Notes under the pieces: model-generated | Database searches by the model: none | The model's input: only the letters and a program-made list of their open reading frames with translations | What the model was told of the DNA's origin: nothing | Shown here: positions 1 through 9,145 of the stretch, piece by piece | Layout of the letters: each line of letters opens with the position of its first letter | Position numbering within the stretch: the stretch's first letter is position 1 | Made by a program: the position numbers and the translations under genes | From: Segatella copri | GTDB taxonomy: Bacteria; Bacteroidota; Bacteroidia; Bacteroidales; Bacteroidaceae | Reading direction: 5' to 3' | Length of the DNA: 64,000 nucleotides | Assembly (NCBI GenBank): GCA_021623045.1 | Contig: JAJWJX010000003.1 | Location: 29,995 to 93,994 of the forward strand

Positions 1-1
1 G

Positions 2-1150
2 CAGCGCTTGAAGGAGGCAGCTGAGAAGGCTAAGATTGAGTTGTCAAGCTCTACATCTACAGAAATCAACTTGCCTTACATCACAGCCGTTGACGGTATG
101 CCAAAGCACTTGGTTAAGACTTTGACCCGTGCACAGTTCGAGCAGTTGGCTCACAACTTGATTCAGGCTTGTCTTGTACCTTGCCAGAATGCTGTTCGTG
201 ATGCTAAGCTCTCTACTTCAGATATCGACGAGGTTATCTTGGTTGGTGGTTCAAGCCGTATCCCAGCCGTTCAGACACTCGTTAAGAACTACTTCGGCAA
301 GGAGCCTTCTAAGGGCGTTAACCCTGATGAGGTTGTTGCAGTAGGTGCAGCTATCCAGGGTGCTATCCTGAACAAGGAAGAGGGTGTTGGCGACATCGTA
401 TTGCTCGACGTTACTCCATTGACTCTCGGTATCGAGACTATGGGTGGTGTGATGACTAAGCTCATCGATGCCAATACAACTATCCCTTGCAAGAAGAGCG
501 AGGTATTCTCTACAGCAGCTGATAACCAGACAGAGGTTACCATCCACGTATTGCAGGGTGAGCGCCCAATGGCAGCTCAGAACAAGAGTATCGGTCAGTT
601 CAACCTGACAGGTATTGCTCCAGCTCGCCGTGGTGTTCCTCAGATTGAGGTTACCTTCGATATCGATGCCAACGGTATCTTGAACGTATCAGCTAAGGAT
701 AAGGCTACCGGTAAGGAGCAGAGCATCCGCATCGAGGCTTCATCTGGCTTGAGCGAGGACGAGATCAACCGCATGAAGGCTGAGGCAGAGCAGAACGCTG
801 CTGCTGATAAGGCTGAGCGCGAGAAGATTGACAAGATGAACCAGGCTGACAGCATGATCTTCACCACCGAGAACTTCCTGAAGGATAACGGTGATAAGAT
901 TCCTGCAGACAAGAAGCCAGGTATCGAGCAGGCATTGCAGCAGTTAAAGGATGCTCACAAGGCAGGTGATGCTGCAGCCATCGATTCAGCTATCAACAAC
1001 TTGAACACCGTAATGCAGGCTGCTTCTCAGCAGATGTACCAGGGCGGCCAGCAGGCAGGTCCTCAGGGTGCACAGGGTGGCCAGCAGGCACAGGGCGGCA
1101 ATGACGGCGCTCAGGATGTACAAGACGCTGACTTCGAGGAAGTTAAGTAA
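2..1150 (+). CDS. dnaK: Molecular chaperone DnaK (Hsp70), C-terminal ~382 aa; 5' end lies upstream of the window
   Basis: Frame 2 reads [16 protein letters not shown] from the first bases. Substrate-binding domain motifs are present ([32 protein letters not shown]), with a G/Q-rich tail ending DADFEEVK. The TTG at 8 is internal. Confidence 0.97.
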   Translation, partial: QRLKEAAEKAKIELSSSTSTEINLPYITAVDGMPKHLVKTLTRAQFEQLAHNLIQACLVPCQNAVRDAKLSTSDIDEVILVGGSSRIPAVQTLVKNYFGKEPSKGVNPDEVVAVGAAIQGAILNKEEGVGDIVLLDVTPLTLGIETMGGVMTKLIDANTTIPCKKSEVFSTAADNQTEVTIHVLQGERPMAAQNKSIGQFNLTGIAPARRGVPQIEVTFDIDANGILNVSAKDKATGKEQSIRIEASSGLSEDEINRMKAEAEQNAAADKAEREKIDKMNQADSMIFTTENFLKDNGDKIPADKKPGIEQALQQLKDAHKAGDAAAIDSAINNLNTVMQAASQQMYQGGQQAGPQGAQGGQQAQGGNDGAQDVQDADFEEVK

Positions 1151-1172
1151 TACAGACTAATATTATAATAAA

Positions 1173-1213
1173 GGCGTACAATGCTCAGAAATGAGTTTTG
1201 TACGCCTTTTTTT
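1173..1213 (+). terminator. Rho-independent terminator after dnaK
   Basis: GGCGTACA (1173-1180) pairs with TGTACGCC (1199-1206), followed by a T7 run. Confidence 0.8.
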
Positions 1214-1267
1214 GTTTCATTATGATTTTTTATATCCCAATAGTTTGCTAATTCGCTGAAAATTATG

Positions 1268-1275
1268 TATATTTG
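1268..1275 (+). promoter_or_regulatory. Bacteroidota -7 box TATATTTG upstream of the HAD hydrolase gene
   Basis: Exact TAnnTTTG match ~77 nt before the ATG at 1352. Confidence 0.5.
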
Positions 1276-1351
1276 CAAATTAAGGGAGAAAGAACATCGC
1301 CCGAAAGAGATAGACAGTTTAGGATAAATATAAAAGAAAGGAGAACGAGAT

Positions 1352-2206
1352 ATGGCAAAGAAGAGACCACAGGTAGCTCTGATTTATGATTTCGACGGGA
1401 CGCTCTCGCCGGGCAATATGCAGGAGTTTGGATTCATACAGGCAACCGGTAAGACAAAAGACGAGTTCTGGGAGAAAAACAGAAAGTTTGCAGAAGGTAA
1501 GGATGCCAATGGTATCTTGACCTATATGTATCTGATGCTCGACGAAGCCAAGAAGAACAATATCTCGCTCACCCGGGAATCTTTTCAGAAATTCGGCAAG
1601 GATGTAGAACTGTTCCGCGGCGTAAGACAATGGTTCTCGCTCGTGAATGAATATGGCAACAGCATCGGACTGGACGTAAAGCACTACATCAACTCCTCGG
1701 GATTGAAGGAGATGATAGAGGGCACACCTATCGCCCACGAATTTGAGAATATTTATGCCTGCTCCTTTCTCTACGACAAGGAGGGAATCGCCTATTGGCC
1801 TGCCGTAGCCGTAGACTATACTACCAAGACGCAATTTCTCTTCAAAATCAACAAGGGCATCAAACAGGTGAGCGACAACAGAAGAGTGAACCAGTATATC
1901 CCTGACGAAAAGCGCCCTATCCCTTTTCCCCGAATGATATACTTCGGAGATGGAGAAACCGATGTGCCTTGCATGAAGATGGTTAAGGAACATGGCGGCC
2001 ACTCGATTGCTGTATATGATAACGAGGATAAACAGAAAACTGCCTGCCAGCTTGTCAAGGAGGGACGGGTAAACTTCATGTGCTCTGCCAACTACTGCAA
2101 AGGAAGCGTGATGAATATCATCGTAAAGAGAATATTGGATAAAATCAAAGCCGACTTTGAATTCGACCGTCTGATAGAACTGAACCAGAAGAAGGCATGG
2201 AAGTGA
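1352..2206 (+). CDS. HAD-superfamily hydrolase/phosphatase
   Basis: HAD motif I DFDGTL near the N-terminus and motif IV FGDGETDVPCM. ATG start; 284 aa. Confidence 0.8.
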   Translation: MAKKRPQVALIYDFDGTLSPGNMQEFGFIQATGKTKDEFWEKNRKFAEGKDANGILTYMYLMLDEAKKNNISLTRESFQKFGKDVELFRGVRQWFSLVNEYGNSIGLDVKHYINSSGLKEMIEGTPIAHEFENIYACSFLYDKEGIAYWPAVAVDYTTKTQFLFKINKGIKQVSDNRRVNQYIPDEKRPIPFPRMIYFGDGETDVPCMKMVKEHGGHSIAVYDNEDKQKTACQLVKEGRVNFMCSANYCKGSVMNIIVKRILDKIKADFEFDRLIELNQKKAWK

Positions 2207-2278
2207 TTTAAAGGTAAAAGGGTAAAAAAGTAAAAAGGTAAAAGGGTAAAAAGGGCAAGAAAGTAAAGGGAGAAAGGG
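2207..2278 (+). repeat. A-rich GGTAAAA-word array (copy 1), contains the 33-mer AAAGGTAAAAGGGTAAAAAAGTAAAAAGGTAAA at 2210-2242
   Basis: Begins directly after the TGA stop at 2204-2206. The same 33-mer occurs at 61978-62010 and, reverse-complemented, at 56320-56352. Confidence 0.9.
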
Positions 2279-2330
2279 ATTCTTTTGTGAATTCCTTGAA
2301 ACTTTTCTTGGTTTTATCGAGGATTATGCT

Positions 2331-2338
2331 TAATTTTG
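2331..2338 (+). promoter_or_regulatory. -7 box TAATTTTG upstream of the 119-aa ORF
   Basis: Exact TAnnTTTG match 32 nt before the ATG at 2370. Confidence 0.55.
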
Positions 2339-2369
2339 CACGCAAAAATAATAATATCAAATCATATTA

Positions 2370-2729
2370 ATGGGAAGAAACAAATACTCAGCAGGAGAAA
2401 TCAAGGAAATCGGCAAGTTGCTGCGCCTCAAGAACGCAGGCAACCGTTTACAACAGAAAATGATACGCCACGACCTTCGCGTGGATTATGAATTCAATAT
2501 CTCTGACTTCAATGAGCCAGGCAAGGCTTTCGGCGAAGAAGAACTGCAGGATGCCATCAAGCGTGGCGCCATCCAGATTCTCGACGATGCCACCATCGAG
2601 GCAATGAAGGCAAAACGTGCCCGAGATAAGGCTCGCGACGAGGCAGAGAAACAGAAGGAAGCCGTAGCCAGCGGTGAACAGACCGACTGGCAGGAGGCTA
2701 TGAAGGAGTGGAATGAATATTATAAATAA
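2370..2729 (+). CDS. Hypothetical protein, 119 aa, with a K/E/A-rich helical C-terminus
   Basis: ATG start with its own -7 box and clean coding composition. I do not recognise a family. Confidence 0.6.
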   Translation: MGRNKYSAGEIKEIGKLLRLKNAGNRLQQKMIRHDLRVDYEFNISDFNEPGKAFGEEELQDAIKRGAIQILDDATIEAMKAKRARDKARDEAEKQKEAVASGEQTDWQEAMKEWNEYYK

Positions 2730-2899
2730 TGTTGAATGCTGAATATAAGTGTTGAATGTTGAATGTTGAATTGCCTAACGGACTCAATGGCGCTAGCCTA
2801 ATTCAACATTCAACACTCAACATTCAACATTAAATTCAACATTCAACACTCAACATTCAACATTAAATTCAACATTCAACACTCAACATTCAACATTTA
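2729..2899 (+). repeat. Word palindrome: three tandem 33-bp units (2801-2833, 2834-2866, 2867-2899) plus an inverted partial copy (2729-2772)
   Basis: The unit ATTCAACATTCAACACTCAACATTCAACATTAA is repeated 3 times, essentially perfectly. GTTGAATGTTGAATGTTGAATT (2751-2772) is the 21/22 complement of the start of each unit. Confidence 0.9.
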
Positions 2900-2910
2900 A
2901 TTAAATTATT

Positions 2911-3657
2911 ATGGCTAAAGTATTGATAAAGACATCAGAGGGCGACATCAAGGTGCGCCTCTACGACGAGACCCCTCAGCATCGTGACAACTTCTTGAAA
3001 TTGGCAAAGGAGGGATATTTTGACGGCACTCTCTTCCATCGTGTCATCAAGGATTTTATGATTCAAGGCGGCGACCCAGACAGCAAAGGCGCTCCTAAAG
3101 GCAAGATGCTGGGCACAGGTGGTCCTGACTATACCATCCCTGCCGAGTTCGTTTATCCACAACTTTTCCACAAGCGTGGTGCCTTGAGCGCAGCCCGTTT
3201 GGGAGATGAGGTAAACCCAGAACGAGAGAGCAGCGGTAGCCAGTTCTATATTGTATGGGGAAAGACCTACAAGCAGAATGAACTGAAGCAGATGGAAAAG
3301 CAGATGGGCATGCAGATGGAGCAGAACATCTTCAACCAGCTTGCCAAGGAGCATCATGATGAAATTATGAACTTCCGTCGCAACCGCGACCGTGAGGGGC
3401 TGATGAAACTCCAGGACGAACTGGTGGATGAAACCAAGAAGCGCTGCAAGGAGCAGGGCTATCCTAAGTTTACCGAGGAGCAGCAGAAGGCTTACACTGA
3501 AGTAGGCGGAACACCTTTCCTCGATAACCAATACACCGTTTTCGGTGAAGTGGAGGAAGGACTTGACATCGTAGAAAAGATTCAGAACTGCGAAACATTG
3601 CGTGGCGATCGCCCAAAAGAGGATGTTTCTATGCAGATTTCAGTCATCGAGGAATAA
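2911..3657 (+). CDS. Cyclophilin-type peptidyl-prolyl cis-trans isomerase with a long helical insertion
   Basis: FHRVIKDFMIQGGDP, SQFYIV and YTVFGEV cyclophilin motifs. 248 aa. Confidence 0.9.
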   Translation: MAKVLIKTSEGDIKVRLYDETPQHRDNFLKLAKEGYFDGTLFHRVIKDFMIQGGDPDSKGAPKGKMLGTGGPDYTIPAEFVYPQLFHKRGALSAARLGDEVNPERESSGSQFYIVWGKTYKQNELKQMEKQMGMQMEQNIFNQLAKEHHDEIMNFRRNRDREGLMKLQDELVDETKKRCKEQGYPKFTEEQQKAYTEVGGTPFLDNQYTVFGEVEEGLDIVEKIQNCETLRGDRPKEDVSMQISVIEE

Positions 3658-3670
3658 GAAATCTCCATAA

Positions 3671-3701
3671 CGCTCCGCCGGACAGTAAATCCGGCGGAAC
3701 G
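3671..3701. terminator. Hairpin between convergent genes (cyclophilin + / EamA -)
   Basis: CGCTCCGCCGGA pairs with TCCGGCGGAACG (11/12), loop CAGTAAA. No strong T-run. Confidence 0.5.
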
Positions 3702-3784
3702 CCTAATGAAAAGCAAAATGGTAAAGAGCATCATGATACTCTTAGCATTGGCAAGTTCTAACTACAGCTATGCTTCGTCATTTT

Positions 3785-4681
3785 TTATTCCGCCTTCGTC
3801 ATTCTATCCGCAATATACATACCTGCCAGAATGCAGCAGGCACCTGCCAGGAAGTAAGGAGTTATCTTTTCATCCAATACCAGAGAGGCGAAAATCATAG
3901 TGGTGATAGGATTGAAATAAACCCAGTTGGTAGCCTTCACGGCACCCAACTTAGAGATACACCAGTTCCAGGTAAGGAAACATATCATGGATGCCAAACA
4001 GCCCAGGAACAAGAGATTACCCACCACCTGAGGCTTCATAAACACATCCCATGACGGCCAACCAGGAATGATAAGATAATAAGGCAAGATGGTAAGCACA
4101 CCATAAAAGAATACCTTGCGGGTAATAAAAGCTGCGCCATAATCGCCCGATACCGATTTCATCAGGAGCGAATAGACAGCCCAGCTCATACATGCCGTAA
4201 AAGCCAAGGCATCACCTACAGGCGACAGATGCAGCACGAATCTGCCATTCAGCACCACGATAATCATACCTACAAAAGCAAGCAGAGAGCCCAACAGCTG
4301 TATCATGTTGATACGCGAAGAATGGCGATAAACCAGACGAACCAGCAAGGTAGCAAAAAGCGGACAGGAACATACGATGAGCGATGTATTGGTCGTTGTG
4401 GTATAATTCATCGCCTCGTTCTCACTCAGGAAATAGAGTGAACCGCCCGTAATACCCAGCATCGCCAGCTTAAACTCATCCTTCCAGCTATCAGCAAACA
4501 TCCGCTTATGATTCACCATCAGCATCATCATGTATGCGATACTGAAACGGAGCGTAAAGATCTGTGCTGGCGAAAGTCCGTTCAGCATCAGCACCTTGGT
4601 AGATACAAAGGTGGTTCCCCAGATGGCTACGGTTATAAAAGCCACAAGATGATATAATAAATTACTATTATTCTGTTTCAT
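3785..4681 (-). CDS. EamA/DMT-family transporter
   Basis: About ten hydrophobic segments and the typical duplicated EamA layout. Start placed at ATG 4681 (MKQNNSNLLYHLVAF), downstream of the -7 box; the ORF-track start at 4753 is upstream of that promoter. Confidence 0.85.
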   Translation of the reverse strand: MKQNNSNLLYHLVAFITVAIWGTTFVSTKVLMLNGLSPAQIFTLRFSIAYMMMLMVNHKRMFADSWKDEFKLAMLGITGGSLYFLSENEAMNYTTTTNTSLIVCSCPLFATLLVRLVYRHSSRINMIQLLGSLLAFVGMIIVVLNGRFVLHLSPVGDALAFTACMSWAVYSLLMKSVSGDYGAAFITRKVFFYGVLTILPYYLIIPGWPSWDVFMKPQVVGNLLFLGCLASMICFLTWNWCISKLGAVKATNWVYFNPITTMIFASLVLDEKITPYFLAGACCILAGMYIADRMTKAE

Positions 4682-4710
4682 TCTATTTTCCTGATTTTTG
4701 AAATTCAACT

Positions 4711-4718
4711 GCAAAATT
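4711..4718 (-). promoter_or_regulatory. -7 box TAATTTTG (minus strand) for the EamA gene
   Basis: Plus strand reads CAAAATTA, 30 nt upstream of ATG 4681. Confidence 0.55.
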
Positions 4719-4790
4719 ATAACTTTTATTCGAAATGAGCAAATTGTAAGCAAGAAAAGCAGAAAAAGACAATAAAAAGAGCGAAATTAG

Positions 4791-4841
4791 AACAAAAGAA
4801 AAAGTCTTAGGAGTAAGTGCAGATACGACTTCTCCTAAGAC
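4791..4841 (-). terminator. Rho-independent terminator after the GH16 gene
   Basis: GTCTTAGGAG (4804-4813) pairs with CTCCTAAGAC (4832-4841). The minus strand then reads TTTTTCTTTTGTT. Confidence 0.8.
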
Positions 4842-4873
4842 CTTATTATTTATATAGTTAAAAAAATCAAGCC

Positions 4874-6028
4874 TTATTTTTTCTGGAATACTCTCACGTA
4901 ATCCACTTCCATCTGAACAGGGAGGGCGCTTTCGTCAACATCCTTCATGCCGCCCCAATCACCGCCCCAAGCCAGGTTGAGGATAACATAGAATGGTTTA
5001 TTGAAAGGCCATGAACCCACATCATTTTTACCATCATTGTTGAAATTGAGCAGTTCCTTACCATCCACATAGGTCTTGATATAATCAGGAGTCCACTCCA
5101 GGCGATAAACGTGGAAACCGTCTTCAGCACCCGCAGTCAGACGCTCCTTGGTAATCTGGGTTTTCATCACGTGATTAAACTTCTCAGTATGGAGCGACGA
5201 AGAAGTATAGTTAGGATTAAAGCCTACCTCTTCCATAATATCAATCTCGCCACATTTAGGCCAAGGATTTGCTCCGAAATCATTGTTGCAAGGCATCATC
5301 CAGAAAGCAGGCCATGTGCCTTTACCTTTAGGCAATTTGATGCGAGCTTCGAAGATACCGTAAAGCCAGCCCTGGGTTTCGTGAGCATATACGCGGCCCG
5401 AATAAATCTTGCCGTTGCTGCCCTTGAAACAGTTGATATAAAGCCGGTTATCTGTAATTTCTGTTACGCGTTTGCCATCAGCAGAGCCATTCACATAATT
5501 CTGAAGTTCATTATTCACCCAGCCCGACTTCTGCACCTCATGACGCCAGTCGGTACTATTCAACTCTGAGCCTTCATTAAACTCATCATTCCAGACCAGT
5601 TTGTACCCCTCAGGAATCACCATTTCGCCCCCTTCAATAGGAGTAACCTGTTTTCCTGCCTGATGCACTGGCACCGATACCTTCTTATCCTCTAATGAAA
5701 TCTCGACACTTCCGTCAAGAGCTACAGACGATTTATTCTCTTCCACATCTACAGTTACCATACCCATAGCTTTGTTATTACCGCTGGCACTCACTTTAAA
5801 CCAAGGGTATACATTTGCCGTAGGACCTTCTCCAGGGAAGGATGCTCTCGCCTCCCAGCCTCCTTCAGAAGCCACTACCATGATTTTATAAGTACCGCCT
5901 TTGGCAGGAACATCTATGCTCGTAGGAGAGCAGGATATCGTCACCGCTCCATCGCCGTCAGAAGAACTACTGCTGCAAGAAAGCAGCATGAGCGAAAGAA
6001 GGAAGGAAAATATTTTCAAGAATTTCAT
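4874..6028 (-). CDS. GH16 endo-beta-glucanase (laminarinase/lichenase-like) lipoprotein with an N-terminal Ig/BACON-like domain
   Basis: Lipobox LLSC and the GH16 catalytic motif EIDIME (ExDxxE). C-terminus ends with DYVRVF. Confidence 0.9.
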   Translation of the reverse strand: MKFLKIFSFLLSLMLLSCSSSSSDGDGAVTISCSPTSIDVPAKGGTYKIMVVASEGGWEARASFPGEGPTANVYPWFKVSASGNNKAMGMVTVDVEENKSSVALDGSVEISLEDKKVSVPVHQAGKQVTPIEGGEMVIPEGYKLVWNDEFNEGSELNSTDWRHEVQKSGWVNNELQNYVNGSADGKRVTEITDNRLYINCFKGSNGKIYSGRVYAHETQGWLYGIFEARIKLPKGKGTWPAFWMMPCNNDFGANPWPKCGEIDIMEEVGFNPNYTSSSLHTEKFNHVMKTQITKERLTAGAEDGFHVYRLEWTPDYIKTYVDGKELLNFNNDGKNDVGSWPFNKPFYVILNLAWGGDWGGMKDVDESALPVQMEVDYVRVFQKK

Positions 6029-6117
6029 GTCATTTAAAATTTAGAAAGGGAGCCACTCCTACTTATTCATAGGAGCAGCTCCTGTATAATTCTATATAAA
6101 CCTATAAAACCTAAAGC

Positions 6118-7518
6118 CTATTTCACAATCAAAACGATATCGCTGATTGTTACCTCGGCATCCTTAGGAGCACCAGCAAGGTCGATGACGAGTTTCATCT
6201 TGCTCATATCCTGAGGTCCACCATCAGCTTCTTTCGTACTGTTTGGTTGGTTCTCATAACGGAACACATACTCACCCTTAACATCAGTGGTTTCCTGGAA
6301 GAAGAGGTTTCCATCATTTGTGTCATCACAAAGCTTCAATGTCATCATTGGCAATGGAGCAGAAGTGGTAACCTTGCAAGAGAAATCAATCTTGCCATCA
6401 GCTTTGGCAGATACTGGAATACCAAGCATTTTCCACTGTGCGTGCCATAGCTCAGCAGGAGTTTCACAAGGCACGATAATGATGTGCTTGCTTCCCTCAT
6501 GCTTGATAACAGGAGTTACATCAATCTGTGCCCAAGAAGCATCACCATACCAAGTTTCCTCAGTAAATGACTTGTTGGCATCAATATCCTTCCAAAGGTT
6601 GCCCGCTGTATTGTAGTCGAATGGCACCTTCAATTCTACAGGAACCACAGTACCATCATCGTTGGCATGATCTTTCAATACCAGGCTCTCTATCATGATT
6701 TCGTCATCAGCAGCATTGCCACCAAAGTCGAATACAATCTTCAAATTATTGATGTCCTTGCCTTCGAGGTCTGAACCATAAATACACTTAGGCTCTCCTG
6801 CCTCAAGACCGGTATTTACATCCTTAGAGTCAAAGAGAATGATGTCATCACCACCTGCGCCAGAATCACAAAGTTTCACTTTAACGGCATTATGTCCCTT
6901 GGCAGATGTAATGATGCAAGAGAAGTCATAATGCTTATCGGCAGAAGTAGAGATACCTAAGTTTTTGAAAGGAACCTGAGCTTGCCAACGTTCGGTAGTT
7001 GCCTCAGGGAGCTTCAATGTATAGCATCCCTTGCTGTAGCTACAAACCGGGTCAGCAATTTGGCTCCATCCTGGAGCATAATAGCCAGCAGAAGGTTTTT
7101 CAGGGAAGGTAATTTTCTTGAAGAGATTAAACTCGCTGTCCTCTACGAAACCTGCGAAGCCATTCATCTTGGTTTTCTCCACCGTGAAATGCTTCTTGAC
7201 GCTCTCCTTGCTAATACCATTACGGTTCTTCACAAAGCACTCCACATCGTAAGTACCCTTCTTGCGATAATACTTAGAGAGGTTGAAAGCAGAAGAATAG
7301 GCACCATCTATCACCCATACCGGGCTTACTCCCTCTGCACCACCAAAAGAAAAGTTGGCTGTGTTGGTCTCTTGGTCTACATCAATCTTGAAGTTGTCGG
7401 CAAAGTCGGCTACATTAGGCAACTCACCGTTGGCACCAGAGAACTCCTCTGCAGAACATGCGCTGAGCATCAATCCACCCAGAAGAGCATAAGCCATATT
7501 TCGAAATATCTTTTTCAT
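6118..7518 (-). CDS. SusE/F-position surface glycan-binding lipoprotein: PKD-like domain plus two tandem CBM-like repeats
   Basis: Lipobox LSAC and a PKD-like KKGTYDVECFVKNRNG segment. An internal duplication shares W.QI, W.AQ, DFSC, KLCD and DxxG blocks. The gene sits directly downstream of susD. Confidence 0.8.
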   Translation of the reverse strand: MKKIFRNMAYALLGGLMLSACSAEEFSGANGELPNVADFADNFKIDVDQETNTANFSFGGAEGVSPVWVIDGAYSSAFNLSKYYRKKGTYDVECFVKNRNGISKESVKKHFTVEKTKMNGFAGFVEDSEFNLFKKITFPEKPSAGYYAPGWSQIADPVCSYSKGCYTLKLPEATTERWQAQVPFKNLGISTSADKHYDFSCIITSAKGHNAVKVKLCDSGAGGDDIILFDSKDVNTGLEAGEPKCIYGSDLEGKDINNLKIVFDFGGNAADDEIMIESLVLKDHANDDGTVVPVELKVPFDYNTAGNLWKDIDANKSFTEETWYGDASWAQIDVTPVIKHEGSKHIIIVPCETPAELWHAQWKMLGIPVSAKADGKIDFSCKVTTSAPLPMMTLKLCDDTNDGNLFFQETTDVKGEYVFRYENQPNSTKEADGGPQDMSKMKLVIDLAGAPKDAEVTISDIVLIVK

Positions 7519-7590
7519 ATTGCTGAAATCTTAAAGTTAATATTTTATTAGGGGGTAGAGGAAACTATTGTTCCTCTACCTTAATAAGTT

Positions 7591-9117
7591 TTAATAATTA
7601 TTCTGAACCAAAGCAGGATCAGAGTCAAGCTCTGCCTGAGCGATAGGAATATACTTCTTGGATTCTGTCCAGGAGTTGGTGCGATAGCCGTAGCTGTCTG
7701 GTACCAACACGGTAGCAGCCTTGCCTGTGCGAACGAGGTCGAAGTAACGCTTACCCTCACCTACAAACTCCAAGCGGCGCTCATTGATAACATCATCCAG
7801 AGTTACGGCTCCAAGCTCTGCGATTCCTGCACGGTTGCGAATCTTATTCACATAATCCTTAGCCTGATTAGCATCGCCACCTGTCTCCAACAAAAGCTCT
7901 GCAGCATTGAGGTAAGCCTCAGCCAAGCGATATACACGGAGATTGTTATTATAGTTAAGGTTATTATCGAAACCTGCGTCAGCATTGTTCTCTGTGAACG
8001 GACGATACTTGGCCAGCCAAAGACCAGTATCCTCATAACGTTTGGTATATTTCACGCCACGACAGTCCCATACAGTAGCATCACGGCGCTTGTCGTTGTC
8101 AGCAAACAGAGCATAGGTTTCGGTACGAACAGGTAGGAATCCCCAACCGTCACCGCCTTGGTTCCAACCATCGCCACCAGGCCAAGAGTTGGGAGAAATC
8201 AAGGTAGGCAATATTGTACCACCAATAGCCAATGGTGAATTCCATCCACGCTCGTTGTTACCATCCTCATAGTTTACTTCCCAGATGCTCTCCTTGCACC
8301 ATTCGCCACTCTCCTTCCAGATAGAGGCAAAATCGTCTACTATATCATAGTCACTCTTGTCGGCGATGAGCTCCTGCATATACTGGAGAGCCTTAGGATA
8401 GCGAGTCTTGTCATTCTGATACATCACCATCTCGGCATACATCATATAGCACATGGCCTGCGACATTCTTCCACAGTTGGCATCGTCCCAACGCATTGGC
8501 AGGACCTTGGAGTCAATTACAGCCTCAAGCTCTACTATCAATTTGTCATATACTTCATCAGCCTTGAGCTGTGGGGCTGTGTAAGGAGCAGACAAGTTCT
8601 CCAGATAGAAAGGAATATTGCCGAAGTAGTGCCACAAGTTATTGTAGAAATATACACGGAGGGCTCTACCCTGCATCTCATAAGATGCCCTGTTGGCAGC
8701 AGTGAGATTAGCCTCTGCCCAGCCCAAATACTTCAAGAGGTCATTACAACGCTTGATGCCTGAGTAGTCCACTGTCCAAAGTGAGCTAAGGGTATTGCTG
8801 GCATTTGACTCATAGTTGGCAAGCATGTGCCAGTGCTGTTGATCGGTTTTGTTAGAACCGCCTACCCAGAAGTTATCGCCCATTATCTCGGCATCGATAT
8901 TGAGAGCATTATACTGTCCCAATCCCCAGTCTGGCCAGTGGATAGGATCGTAAGCCGCATTCAGAGCCTCATTGATATGGGCATCTGTGGTATAATATTC
9001 TTCGAGGTTTTCACCTGATGGGTTCTCCACCTCTAGGAAGCTGTCGCTGCAAGATGTGTTTGCCAGTGTCATACTGGTTGCCAACACTCCTAAAGCTATA
9101 TATTTTATTGTCTTCAT
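7591..9117 (-). CDS. susD: RagB/SusD-family nutrient-binding outer-membrane lipoprotein
   Basis: Lipoprotein signal (NTSC), TPR-like SusD composition, and position directly downstream of the SusC-like gene. Confidence 0.92.
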   Translation of the reverse strand: MKTIKYIALGVLATSMTLANTSCSDSFLEVENPSGENLEEYYTTDAHINEALNAAYDPIHWPDWGLGQYNALNIDAEIMGDNFWVGGSNKTDQQHWHMLANYESNASNTLSSLWTVDYSGIKRCNDLLKYLGWAEANLTAANRASYEMQGRALRVYFYNNLWHYFGNIPFYLENLSAPYTAPQLKADEVYDKLIVELEAVIDSKVLPMRWDDANCGRMSQAMCYMMYAEMVMYQNDKTRYPKALQYMQELIADKSDYDIVDDFASIWKESGEWCKESIWEVNYEDGNNERGWNSPLAIGGTILPTLISPNSWPGGDGWNQGGDGWGFLPVRTETYALFADNDKRRDATVWDCRGVKYTKRYEDTGLWLAKYRPFTENNADAGFDNNLNYNNNLRVYRLAEAYLNAAELLLETGGDANQAKDYVNKIRNRAGIAELGAVTLDDVINERRLEFVGEGKRYFDLVRTGKAATVLVPDSYGYRTNSWTESKKYIPIAQAELDSDPALVQNNY

Positions 9118-9145
9118 AATAGTCTTTATTTTAAAGGTTCTTATT

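Noticed and set aside
2207-2899. Possible CRISPR arrays (also 16054-16260, 32292-32474, 39312-39826)
   Set aside because: The repeat units are 7-11 nt words or a 33-bp unit in direct tandem with no unique spacers. There are no cas genes. The arrays are arranged as inverted complements, unlike CRISPR.
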